From the IMG/VR virus record IMGVR_UViG_3300033142_001620: DNA of 64,000 bases, one strand, 5' to 3'. This DNA is from an uncultured virus (IMG/VR IMGVR_UViG_3300033142_001620) (taxonomy: Duplodnaviria; Heunggongvirae; Uroviricota; Caudoviricetes). Position 1 is the first letter of the stretch. Every line of letters begins with the position of its first letter. Position numbers and translations under genes: made by a program. The notes beneath the pieces are model-generated. The model did no database searches. It was not told the DNA's origin and saw only the letters and a list, made by a program, of their open reading frames with translations. This document shows, in pieces, positions 35,343 through 44,993 of this stretch.

Positions 35343-36237
35343 TTGGCATTTAACTAAGAATCCACCAAAGAAAAGGATTGACGACTATCCTCAGAACGAC
35401 AAGGTATTTTATATACTCAATCTTGCATATAAACACAACTGCTCATTGATTTTACAGCCCGGTGACTTCTTTGATAGTCATAAGACAAATGATTATCTGA
35501 AGAGGGCAATAATCTATATGCTAAAGGAACACAATGACATACCAATAAAAACTATATTTGGACAGCATGACTTGAGGTATCATTCCTCTGACACAAACAA
35601 CACACCTTTGAGGGTACTGGAAGCTGCAAGAGTTTTGGACATTCTCACTTATGAACACTCTTTTGCCAACATTCATTTATATGGAGCTTCATGGTTTGAA
35701 GACATTCCAAAAATAAGACATCAGGACTCACCAAAGAAAGACATACATATCTTAGTCATTCACAAGATGATAATAAAAGACAAGTTATTATGGGAAGGAC
35801 AAGAGAATGCTACTAAAGGTAATATATTACTTAGGAATTCTGGGTTTGATCTTATCGTTGCTGGCGATAATCATCAATCTTTTGCTGTATCTTATAAAAA
35901 TAAACATCTTGTGAACTGTGGGTCTTTAATGCGAATGACAACAGCACAACTTGACCATAAACCGTGTGTTTATATCTATGATACTGAAGACAGGACAATC
36001 GAAAAGCATTACATACCAATAGAGCCTGCTGAAAAAGTGTTTGACTTGTCCACAGTCGAAAAGGAAAAGAAGGAAAACAAGGAGCTTGAGGCATTTGTTG
36101 CTCGATTAAAAGACAATGTTAAGATCGAAGGTCTTGACTATGCAAAGAACATGCAACAATATATAAAAGAGAATGAAGACTCAATTGAACAAGGAACTTT
36201 GGACATAATAGAGGAGGTAATGAATGGACAAAATTGA
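35320..36237 (+). CDS. Mre11/SbcD metallophosphoesterase nuclease
   Basis: GDWH, GDFFD, GQHD, GDNH, NCGSLMR. Confidence 0.92.
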   Translation: MKILATGDWHLTKNPPKKRIDDYPQNDKVFYILNLAYKHNCSLILQPGDFFDSHKTNDYLKRAIIYMLKEHNDIPIKTIFGQHDLRYHSSDTNNTPLRVLEAARVLDILTYEHSFANIHLYGASWFEDIPKIRHQDSPKKDIHILVIHKMIIKDKLLWEGQENATKGNILLRNSGFDLIVAGDNHQSFAVSYKNKHLVNCGSLMRMTTAQLDHKPCVYIYDTEDRTIEKHYIPIEPAEKVFDLSTVEKEKKENKELEAFVARLKDNVKIEGLDYAKNMQQYIKENEDSIEQGTLDIIEEVMNGQN

Positions 36238-36463
36238 AAAAAAATTAGATGAACTGGAAGATGCAATAGGTGAAGCAAAGGAAGAGCAAAGCAAGTTGGG
36301 TGGAATGCTCGAAACTTTGCTCAAACAGATGGAAGAAAGATTTGGTGTTGCCACTGTTGAAGAAGCTGCTGAACTCTTGAAGGACATCAAAAATAAGATG
36401 GAAAAAAGCCAGAAGGAACTGGACAAAAAATACAATGTGTTAAGGGAAGGATATGAATGGTAA
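36224..36463 (+). CDS. Small coiled-coil protein within the MR module
   Basis: GAGGAGG SD; heptad pattern. Confidence 0.7.
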   Translation: MDKIEKKLDELEDAIGEAKEEQSKLGGMLETLLKQMEERFGVATVEEAAELLKDIKNKMEKSQKELDKKYNVLREGYEW

Positions 36464-37074
36464 TGAACTTAGAAGAATTTGAAGGCATAAAAAAACACTT
36501 TCAAGGCGCTAAGGCAAGAAAGACAATACTGGAAGAACAGATCGACAGTTTGGAAGAGAGCTACACCTTCCATAAAGATATAGCTACACATGCAGAGAAG
36601 GCACGTTTAATCTTCCAAGAAGTAGCAAGAATAACACAGAGTAATCTTGAATATCACATTTCCAAGCTTGTCACGACTGCTATACGTTCGGTATTTGATG
36701 AGGATATAGAGTTTGTAGTTAGATTTGTAACAAGAAGGAATAAAACAGAATGTGACTTGTTATTTAAAGAGCATGGGAATGAGTATCATCCATTGGAAGG
36801 GTCTGGATTCGGAGCCGTTGACATAGCATCCTTTGCTTTGAGGATATCCTTTTGGTCTTTGAAAAAGAATCGTGCTACTATGGGACTGGATGAACCATTT
36901 AGGAATGTTAGCCCAGATTTGCAACATAAAGTGTCCGACATGCTCAAGATGATATCTACGAGTCTCGGACTTCAAATAATAATGGTGTCCCATCAAAATG
37001 AGATAAACATTTCGGCGGACAAAACTTTCTATGTATCTAAAAAGGGAAAGATAAGTAGTGTAAAGGAAAAGTAA
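36457..37074 (+). CDS. Rad50/SbcC C-terminal half (signature, Walker B)
   Basis: GSGFG signature, LDEPF, MVSH H-loop. Confidence 0.85.
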   Translation: MVMNLEEFEGIKKHFQGAKARKTILEEQIDSLEESYTFHKDIATHAEKARLIFQEVARITQSNLEYHISKLVTTAIRSVFDEDIEFVVRFVTRRNKTECDLLFKEHGNEYHPLEGSGFGAVDIASFALRISFWSLKKNRATMGLDEPFRNVSPDLQHKVSDMLKMISTSLGLQIIMVSHQNEINISADKTFYVSKKGKISSVKEK

Positions 37075-37316
37075 TGGCTGAATGGTTAGAGTGGCAAATG
37101 AATTATCTGCTTGACAACTACGATTGCAAAACCAACTTACAAATTGCAAAACATGTGAACAAGTCAGAAGCCGCTATCGCCCAAAAGCTCAGTTATCTAA
37201 AAATCAGACGGTCTATTAAATACTTAGAAGTTGTTAGAGACTCAAAAAAGAATGCATTAAGGATGTTGTACGATGAGATGGATGGGTTGTTTAGTCCCCC
37301 ACCAAAAGAACAGTGA
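37074..37316 (+). CDS. Small HTH (SANT-like) protein
   Basis: W..YLLDNY..IAKHVNKSEAAIAQKLSYLKI. Confidence 0.65.
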   Translation: MAEWLEWQMNYLLDNYDCKTNLQIAKHVNKSEAAIAQKLSYLKIRRSIKYLEVVRDSKKNALRMLYDEMDGLFSPPPKEQ

Positions 37317-37329
37317 GGGACCAAATCAA

Positions 37330-37500
37330 TTACATCTTACTTCCAATTCTCCGCTTTAACTCAGCAAGAGCCTCTTTAGCTTTCGCTTTAGGGTCAATGT
37401 TCAATGCTTCGTTAAACTTCTTCTGGTTGTTTCGAGCTACTAAAAACATAACAACTCCACCAACCAAAACTCCGACTACAACGCCAATAAAAATATCCAT
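37330..37500 (-). CDS. Small membrane protein (56 aa)
   Basis: AGGAGGT SD; MDIFIGVVVGVLVGGVVMFLV; hand-translated. Confidence 0.65.
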   Translation of the reverse strand: MDIFIGVVVGVLVGGVVMFLVARNNQKKFNEALNIDPKAKAKEALAELKRRIGSKM

Positions 37501-37523
37501 GCTTACTTACCTCCTGTTAAAAG

Positions 37524-37994
37524 TTAACTGCCATTGTTCTTCTCTTTCATAATTGCTTTGACTCCATAGTACCCAAAGTAAAAGAATACTACAATCATAG
37601 CAATCTTAACCTCCTGAACAATTATAGAAGAAGTAAACTGCAAAGCCCCTACCCAAGCATTGACTTGTTTCCCATCAACCATAATCATTTTCGGATTCAA
37701 ATTAGCCATAATTCCCATAAACACTGCAAAATGAAAATGAAGGAAAGTACTGCCAATAATAATAATTGCAAGTATCCTTCTTGTAATAGCTCTTGGTGCA
37801 AATTCATCTTGCAGAGATTTTACCATAGCCATATTCATTCCAAGAACCCTTACAGACTGATTTGATTTTTCTTCTTCTGTAAAAAACAAAGCATCGAGTC
37901 CTTTAACTGCACCTTCAGCAACAGTGTCAACCGTTTTAAGTCCTTGCTCTAATGCTTTTCCAGTGCCAAATATTTTTCCAAACCATGATAACAT
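37524..37994 (-). CDS. Putative holin (3TM/GTA-holin-like)
   Basis: MLSWFGKIFG, LFFTEEEK, TRRILA, TM helices, FFYFG. Confidence 0.6.
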   Translation of the reverse strand: MLSWFGKIFGTGKALEQGLKTVDTVAEGAVKGLDALFFTEEEKSNQSVRVLGMNMAMVKSLQDEFAPRAITRRILAIIIIGSTFLHFHFAVFMGIMANLNPKMIMVDGKQVNAWVGALQFTSSIIVQEVKIAMIVVFFYFGYYGVKAIMKEKNNGS

Positions 37995-38005
37995 AATTAC
38001 CTCCT

Positions 38006-38335
38006 TCAAAGTTCTTTGATTGTCATTTGTATATCTATCTCGTATTTATTGCCCTTATTCGTTACTATCTTAAATGTTATTTTGTATGGAGATAGAGCTT
38101 CAGTCCCAGCTTTCACTCGCATAGCAAGGACATTGTTTGTAAAACTGCCATCTGGGTCGTCCCTTAATTCTTCTGTTCCACTTGCTAATACGTCTGCGGT
38201 AGCATCAGTTCCAACATTATCAATAGCGGTAATGGAACTTGTGCCAATAACTATTGTTTCATCATCTTCCTGTACATTCAATATACTGCCATGGGCAAAG
38301 AACTCTTCGGATATCTGTTTCTTAAATTTTTTCAT
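38006..38335 (-). CDS. Virion adaptor-like protein, paralog of 44655..44993
   Basis: FKKQ..YKITF..TNKGNKYEID. Confidence 0.65.
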   Translation of the reverse strand: MKKFKKQISEEFFAHGSILNVQEDDETIVIGTSSITAIDNVGTDATADVLASGTEELRDDPDGSFTNNVLAMRVKAGTEALSPYKITFKIVTNKGNKYEIDIQMTIKEL

Positions 38336-38604
38336 TACTTCCTCTCATCCTGTTTTCTGGCATAAACGTATGTGTCCATAGCTTCTCTTCGTTCAAATAC
38401 TTGAGCTTCCGCATAGCAATAGGAATCTCCCGCTATTCTACGAGCATAGGAGTCGATAGAATCTCTTCTAAAATAGACTTCTCGCTCTGTTTTAAAGAAC
38501 TTTCGAGCAACAGCAAGTAAAACAGAAGGTGCAGTAGTTACCACACCATATCCTTTAGTGATAATTCTACTTGCTGCTCCATATCCTTTGGTAATTATGC
38601 TCAT
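38335..38604 (-). CDS. Hypothetical protein (IITKGYG x2)
   Basis: Coupled ORF. Confidence 0.6.
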   Translation of the reverse strand: MSIITKGYGAASRIITKGYGVVTTAPSVLLAVARKFFKTEREVYFRRDSIDSYARRIAGDSYCYAEAQVFERREAMDTYVYARKQDERK

Positions 38605-39788
38605 TATACTTTCACTCTTTCTGCCACTTCATCATCCGATTCTGTAGCCGGTGTCCCATCAAATTTCTTCAAATCAAAACGAGCAACTTCGGTGATATTA
38701 TCATCCTTATAAAATATCATCTGGTTCCCATCTCTCTTCCATCTGCCACCTTCCATGTCTTTTATAAAGATACCATCTGCATGTTGCCATACTGCATCTG
38801 CCATATCTTGTGCAGTTATTACATTAATACTGGTAACTTCAGCGAAGTCAAGAAACATGTGGTGATTGACGTTGTAGGTTGTAACATTATGAATCAATCT
38901 AACTTTCACTTCATTGTTATTACTTCTATCAATATTTCTCTCATAATATTCATGTTCATATTCGGCATCAGAAGTATTTCCACCCGGCAAGAACTCTTCG
39001 ATTAGCTGTTCCCAAGAAGAAGCTTCATAGTTGTAAATCCACAACTCTATGTAATGAGATAAGCTGGGAGTTCCCTCATATCTACCAAATACACGAAATA
39101 CTCCTGCTCTGTTTCCATCAGGGACATTAAACGTCAATTCTGCCGTCAACCCATCGTCAGCATGTTCTTCAATCTGCCAGTAGGCATTGTCTTTAATGTT
39201 AGTTGATAAGTATGTCCCTAAATCTTGTGTTCCATAAACAACAGAACCATCTATGGCAGGGTCTGTGTCAGTAGAGGAAGCAGCCGCAATGTCAGCTTTG
39301 GTTGCCAACTCTCCACCAAAAGAACCCTTATCGTCATGGTCTGCTTTCTGTTCATCCCAAACGGCATCAGTTGTGCCACCAATAATGTCTGTTTTATCCT
39401 GTTCGGTTACTCCACTTCCACTGATAACAGTTTGCTTGCCCACTGAGTTATTACTTAATATACTAATTCCATTTGATGGTATATAAACGTCTATCAAATT
39501 ATTATCGTAGTCCGTTAGAATCACGTTGTAGTTACTGCCTGTAAAATCAAACGTGTATCCATTTATAATTTCCACAGATGGAGTTTTAGGTATACCAGAC
39601 AAAGTAACAGTTTCATACCACTGGGCTATAAGTGGAGCCCATAGTCCATCAGCAAACGCCCACTCCAAACGTCTAAGTTCTTCGTGGACATTCACCAAGC
39701 TAAGTAAATAATTATTACCACTCACAAAAGCTAAATCACCTTGAGGAATGGTAAAAATCTTAGTTACCCAATCCACCGAGTATGACAT
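38604..39788 (-). CDS. Putative virion structural or fibre-associated protein
   Basis: 394 aa, acidic; DAVW repeats; late-module context. Confidence 0.65.
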   Translation of the reverse strand: MSYSVDWVTKIFTIPQGDLAFVSGNNYLLSLVNVHEELRRLEWAFADGLWAPLIAQWYETVTLSGIPKTPSVEIINGYTFDFTGSNYNVILTDYDNNLIDVYIPSNGISILSNNSVGKQTVISGSGVTEQDKTDIIGGTTDAVWDEQKADHDDKGSFGGELATKADIAAASSTDTDPAIDGSVVYGTQDLGTYLSTNIKDNAYWQIEEHADDGLTAELTFNVPDGNRAGVFRVFGRYEGTPSLSHYIELWIYNYEASSWEQLIEEFLPGGNTSDAEYEHEYYERNIDRSNNNEVKVRLIHNVTTYNVNHHMFLDFAEVTSINVITAQDMADAVWQHADGIFIKDMEGGRWKRDGNQMIFYKDDNITEVARFDLKKFDGTPATESDDEVAERVKV

Positions 39789-39790
39789 GA

Positions 39791-41438
39791 TTAAACCTCT
39801 GCTTCTACTGTTCCTGAGAAACTAAATCCGGCAGCACCAATTGTCCCTGATATTGGAATGAGCTTATCGACACCTCCAGAATCACCGTGTCTGACCCAAC
39901 CCCGTACAGGAATGGGTGTGTCGTCATAGACCAGAGTGTTGCTGAACGTCTTAGTCGTGCCACCACCGACCATGCTGTCATACATAATGGCATGAAAACC
40001 TGGGTCACTTGCAACAATCGGGTCATCTGCAACTGTTCCTACCAGTTGGAAAGTACTCGTAGCCCATGAATCATACTCATAAAACTTATAGGTCGAAGTA
40101 CCATCTTTCAGCACACCAAACCAACCGGTCTGTGGAGTATCTGCTGCAATTGCTTCATTAACCCGAATAACGCCAGCAGAAACGATTTCACCTACACAGG
40201 TATAAACTGTGTAGTCGGGAGCTTCAAGCCCTGAGTCCTTCGGAGCAAGGAATACATGCAGATCATCTCCTGAGTCAAGCGCCTCAATCGAACCAGAAAC
40301 ATTGACAAAGTTTGGTGGTGAAATATTATTAAAGGTGATGTGGGTTGGTTGTCAGTTTGTCCACTGTGCCGGTAACTACGGCTGTGCCTGAACCGCTGCC
40401 TGTAATAACATCGGTTGCAACAGGCGGTATGCCAGCGCCCATGTGCAAGATGTAACGTGACATTGTTGTGCCATCGAAGTCATCGACACCAATCAGGTTT
40501 CCATTGCCTGTAACCCAATCACACGTTTCATTCTGAACGTGAGTGCCTGTACCCGAAGTAATCGGGCAATCAAACAAGCGACCAGTCCACAAGTTTCCAT
40601 CAATACCATAAAGAGTTTCGGCAGACTCATCAACAAGCAAAGACTTGACTCTCTCGTAAAGTTCTTTCTTTGTCGTTTCAGGATCGTATGACCATACGCC
40701 GAGATATGGCTTCGAACCGTTGCCGTCAAGATCAAGCGATTTGTAACCAAGAATCGAGTCACTGGTAACATCCATTGTATAGGCTTGCACCGTGACAAGC
40801 GCAACAGTATTCTGCGGATCATCAGCGGTTGTGATAGATGCTACCGACTCACCAAGGGCCAGAGTAGTTTCCCAAATCGCATAGGTTTCAAACCATGTGC
40901 TTGCCTTAACGACAATACGGCGACCATCAATGTCAGCATCAGTGTCACGACCTTTGACCATGACACGCAGTAAGGTGTTGCTATCCGTTTGGTTCTTGCC
41001 ATTGCCCCAGTGCGACGTTAGCTCAACTTCGTCCTGAATGATCTTCACCGGCAAAGGCGTGGAGGTCACACCCAACACAATCAAACCATAGTAAATATCT
41101 TCACCACCATTTTGCGATACTGAACCGCCAAAATGCTGTTCCATAACCGTATCCGTCACAGTGTAATTAACACCATAATCAGTTGTGTGGTCGTTCAACG
41201 TGACAATCTTACCTAACGCTTCTTCCTTTGATGGGTTAGGAAAAGACAGATTGACTTCATCATCACCTGAAATAATAAAATCCCATGCTAACTTTTGTAA
41301 AGCTCGATTAATCCACTTAACGTGAAAAGTATGGGTTCCAGTTACAAAAGTAATGGAACCATCCGCTGCCACTTTGTATTGTGCAAGCCAAGCTGCAATT
41401 GCTGTTGCACTGTCAGCATCAGTATCATAAGTTGCCAT
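39791..41438 (-). pseudogene. Virion protein gene interrupted by a +1 frame break at about 40330 (40329..41438 plus a continuing frame 39791..~40350)
   Basis: Upstream frame ends CAC CTT TAA; the +1 frame reads ..NNISPPNFVNVSGSIEAL.. continuously into the 39791 ORF with no separate SD/ATG. Confidence 0.55.
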
Positions 41439-41452
41439 TCAAGTACCTCCTT

Positions 41453-43099
41453 TTAAATTGGTTCTAAACTTATTGTTAAATTAAATCCATCTGCCGTTAT
41501 TTCACCTACTATATCTTGCTGTACAAAATCGGGAGCCGATATATTAAACTCTCTCGCCCACCCGACTATATCAACGGGCGTGGAGCCCGTATATCCTGTT
41601 GACGCTACCCCACTTGAATTACAGGCTGCTTCTAATATTTCAGCTTTGTCTGACTCTTTCATCAGTCGCACCCTACATGTAGTGCCAATGGGCGCTTTTG
41701 TGACAGCATTAAGCACCGTTACGCTTACTGGCACAGAACTTGTAATATTAACAGTGTCACCAGGTCTTTCTTTATAATAGCTGACCGTCCCACTCGTCCC
41801 ACTATGCAATACTGTCCACGTTACATCACCTCCGGTATCTTGAAAATAAAGAACTGAAGTCGTTTCTTGGTCATCCACATGGAAACCAGTAAACGTCATG
41901 TTTGTAAGATTTATTGTCTGAGGCGCCGATGTTCCAAACTCAATTGCGTGGTGAGAACCAGCACCCTTTGAAAAGGTCATGTCGTTTAAGTATGTGTTTG
42001 GGTCTGCTGCTACATCCCAGAGTAAAGCCGCCCCACCGTCTGCACCACCACCCGTAGCGGAAGATTCAAGAACATTACTAAATGATAAATCTGCCTGTTG
42101 TGGGTCAATCTGTTCACAACGCAGAAAAGTACAAGACAGTACTATGGTATTGGAATCAAAGTCAAATGTAGCCCAATCTTCCCATGAACAACTAATTAAA
42201 ACAACCGGCGCATCATCCGTTGTAATCCAACGCCCTTTTGAGGCTGTGCCCGCCGGGTCAAGACAAATAAACTTAAAGCCTGTCATTTCTACATTAGAAC
42301 CAGAATTAATAACTTCAACAGTATTAAAATTTGCTGTGACCTTTGGAGTCCATTTAACAAAGATAGTTACGTTGGAATCCCTGAAATCAACAGCGTTTGA
42401 CGCAGAGCCAAGTTGCCAACGTCCTTGCCACAAATAACCACCTGGAACTACTTGTATTAATCCCCATCTATTATTATGAATGTCATTCTCAGCCGCAAAT
42501 CCAGATACTATGGCATAATCAGCAGATTCACCAAATTCAAAAATAGCAGAACATCTACCAAATCGCATAACATCAACTTGGTGTGGCTCACCTTTACCCG
42601 GATAAGCCGTTAAAGCTACCTGAGCACCAACATACCGATCTATTGTTTTAGTTCCAGCCCCAAGTTCGTCCCTTGCTACTGTGGTATTTACAGCGTGACA
42701 TTGGAAACCTCCATACGGCATCGGTGATTTATCACTGCCGCCAACAAACCAGACATCAAAATTGTTTACGTCATTACCAATAAGAACCGACAGTCCTGCG
42801 GTACCTGTGATTGTTCCTGCATAATCATCTATTGCAAATGGAGATGAAAACGCTTGCCAAACAAGAAAAGCCCCATCTGTCGGTAACGATATAGTAGAAC
42901 CATAATCATATCCTAAATTTCCTAATGTCTTGGACTTACTGCATGTTTGAGTTACAGCATACATTCCCTGGATATAAGGGTATTCGTCATCTCCATATTG
43001 TGGTGTCCCTTGCTCGTTGGTAGAAAAGTTCACCCAGCCTGACCCTTCATCTCCAGTAGCTATGTCTGTTAAATCTTCTGTATAACTTGGGGTTGCCAT
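41453..43099 (-). CDS. Putative virion fibre or decoration protein (beta-helix-like middle)
   Basis: 548 aa, Gly/Thr/Asp-rich; GAGGGAG SD. Confidence 0.65.
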   Translation of the reverse strand: MATPSYTEDLTDIATGDEGSGWVNFSTNEQGTPQYGDDEYPYIQGMYAVTQTCSKSKTLGNLGYDYGSTISLPTDGAFLVWQAFSSPFAIDDYAGTITGTAGLSVLIGNDVNNFDVWFVGGSDKSPMPYGGFQCHAVNTTVARDELGAGTKTIDRYVGAQVALTAYPGKGEPHQVDVMRFGRCSAIFEFGESADYAIVSGFAAENDIHNNRWGLIQVVPGGYLWQGRWQLGSASNAVDFRDSNVTIFVKWTPKVTANFNTVEVINSGSNVEMTGFKFICLDPAGTASKGRWITTDDAPVVLISCSWEDWATFDFDSNTIVLSCTFLRCEQIDPQQADLSFSNVLESSATGGGADGGAALLWDVAADPNTYLNDMTFSKGAGSHHAIEFGTSAPQTINLTNMTFTGFHVDDQETTSVLYFQDTGGDVTWTVLHSGTSGTVSYYKERPGDTVNITSSVPVSVTVLNAVTKAPIGTTCRVRLMKESDKAEILEAACNSSGVASTGYTGSTPVDIVGWAREFNISAPDFVQQDIVGEITADGFNLTISLEPI

Positions 43100-43503
43100 C
43101 TGTTTATTATCTCTCCCTCAACATATTTGATGGTGTGTTTATCTGCTAAATAAAACGTTCTCGATTTTTCATTTTGATTAACCAACACAACTGATATACC
43201 TTCTGATTGAAAATATGAAGTTTGTCGTAACACCAAATCAGAGGGTAGATTTTCTAACGACCCTACAATTACGCTGTCTGTCCATTTCTCAAACAAAACA
43301 CCACAAATGTCTGGTCTTAAATCAATGTGTGCTTCACCCATCTGTTTCCAACAACACTCAAACACTTTACAACATTCAGGTCGATTATCGTAAATCTTGC
43401 ATCCGACATTCTCGGCACAATACTTACATAATTTTCCTTCTTTGCTGTTAGTATCTGGTATGTTTAAATGCAAACAGCACAGAGTACAGTCTCCACATTC
43501 CAT
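43069..43503 (-). CDS. YkgJ/CxxCxxCC Fe-S/Zn cluster protein
   Basis: CGDCTLCC..C..C.IY..RP..C..F.C. Confidence 0.85.
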   Translation of the reverse strand: MECGDCTLCCLHLNIPDTNSKEGKLCKYCAENVGCKIYDNRPECCKVFECCWKQMGEAHIDLRPDICGVLFEKWTDSVIVGSLENLPSDLVLRQTSYFQSEGISVVLVNQNEKSRTFYLADKHTIKYVEGEIINRWQPQVIQKI

Positions 43504-43512
43504 TTGTTTCTC

Positions 43513-43863
43513 CTAATACCAAGTACTTGACGCTGATGTTGTACTACCATATCCACCATACGTCCCATTATAAAAACGCATAACCGTAGGACGAGGCGGC
43601 AGTCTAACTACTTTCATGCTTTCAAAAGAGGCACATATATTAAGTATTTCCTGTGTCTTCTCCTTTGAATCAATACTGTCCCCATTTCTATCTGGGTGAT
43701 ATTGCAACATCAATTGCCTCTTTCTCTTTTTTACTACCTGCTTAAACTCTTCAATCGTTTTACACATACACAAATAAGCCTCTCGTCGTTGAAGCCTTCC
43801 TATCCAAGAATGGTCAATTCCCAATATTTTAATTGCTTCTTGCATACTAATTTGTTTTATCAT
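43513..43863 (-). CDS. J-domain (DnaJ-like) protein
   Basis: ILGI..YHPDRNGD. Confidence 0.75.
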   Translation of the reverse strand: MIKQISMQEAIKILGIDHSWIGRLQRREAYLCMCKTIEEFKQVVKKRKRQLMLQYHPDRNGDSIDSKEKTQEILNICASFESMKVVRLPPRPTVMRFYNGTYGGYGSTTSASSTWY

Positions 43864-44297
43864 CCGTAATGCTCCACTACAGTTAGGTTGAATTTCTGTA
43901 CCCCATACATCATTTTAATGAATTTGTCAAATGTTTTTCCAGAATTTAATATTGCTCTCTCTTCCTGTGTTGCCACTTCCAGTTTTCCAAAGTGTTGAGC
44001 AAGTAATATACAGCCCTGTGTGTGCTTTTTCAGATTGCCTGCATGAAGAAGAACCTTACTTCTTCCGGGCACATTCATTACTTGAAATGTGTCTGGGTAC
44101 TTTGGAGAAGAGTATCGTTCACACTCATACTGCTGTGCAGGTATACTGGAAATGTTTCTTGAGTTTTCTATGTCAGGTGGCTCAAGAGTAACACAAAAAG
44201 CTCTGGTATTAACAAGCCAAACTCCAAACGTACCATAGTCAAAATTTTCTTCTACTCGAAGTAGTTTTATACTTGGTTCCCAAATCATTTTATTCAC
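43860..44297 (-). CDS. DUF5675-like protein (lysis-module associated)
   Basis: TFG..CVTLE..IPA..VPGRSKVLLHAGN..TQGCILL. Confidence 0.8.
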   Translation of the reverse strand: MNKMIWEPSIKLLRVEENFDYGTFGVWLVNTRAFCVTLEPPDIENSRNISSIPAQQYECERYSSPKYPDTFQVMNVPGRSKVLLHAGNLKKHTQGCILLAQHFGKLEVATQEERAILNSGKTFDKFIKMMYGVQKFNLTVVEHYG

Positions 44298-44652
44298 CTA
44301 CCCTGTTGTTTGAGTCATTAATATGCATGTCTACTATCCTCTGTGTATTCACGCTTACCTTAGAAGATATTTTACCAGTAAAGACACCCAAACTAACTAT
44401 TCCTGTTATGACAAAGAAAAAAATCCACATAAGAACAGTCTTGGTAAAAAACTTCTTTAGCTCCGTATCAATTTCCTTCCTGCATTCTATTCTATTATCT
44501 GAACAGCCTTCTGTACTTCTATCCAACTTGTCAAATATTATTTTGAATCCGTCTTTCATATCCTTGTTTAATGTGCCCATACTTTTGCACAATAAACCTA
44601 ATTTGACATCATGCTCAGTAATAAGTTTTCTATCATGTTCTGTGAAATCCAT
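44290..44652 (-). CDS. Coiled-coil plus TM protein (holin/antiholin-like)
   Basis: Single TM helix; adjacent to the DUF5675-like gene. Confidence 0.55.
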   Translation of the reverse strand: MDFTEHDRKLITEHDVKLGLLCKSMGTLNKDMKDGFKIIFDKLDRSTEGCSDNRIECRKEIDTELKKFFTKTVLMWIFFFVITGIVSLGVFTGKISSKVSVNTQRIVDMHINDSNNRVGE

Positions 44653-44654
44653 TT

Positions 44655-44993
44655 TTAAAGCTCCTTTATTTTCAGCTTAACATCCACTTCCCATTTGTTG
44701 TTCAAACTTGTGGGAATCCTGAATGTTATCTTGTATGGAGAATCTGCCTCCACACCTGCTTGGACTCGAATCTTGACCATATTATTACTTCCACCGTCTG
44801 GGGAGTCATCTAATGCTTTTGTTAGCGGCTGTAAAACAATATCTGTTGCTGTTGTCGTTCCATCAGCCTTAACCGCCACAATAGTTGTAGTTCCTAAGTC
44901 TATTGTTTCTCCCGTCTCTAATACGTCTACTAAATCAGCCGCAATAAAGAAAGACTCATAATTTTGTTTTTCAAAAGATTCTACTGAAGCCAT
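44655..44993 (-). CDS. Virion adaptor-like protein, paralog of 38006..38335
   Basis: FEKQ..SPYKITF..KWEVD..KEL. Confidence 0.7.
   Translation of the reverse strand: MASVESFEKQNYESFFIAADLVDVLETGETIDLGTTTIVAVKADGTTTATDIVLQPLTKALDDSPDGGSNNMVKIRVQAGVEADSPYKITFRIPTSLNNKWEVDVKLKIKEL

Noticed and set aside
37313..37552. + strand 79-aa ORF
   Set aside because: It is antisense to an SD-supported 56-aa membrane gene (37330..37500).
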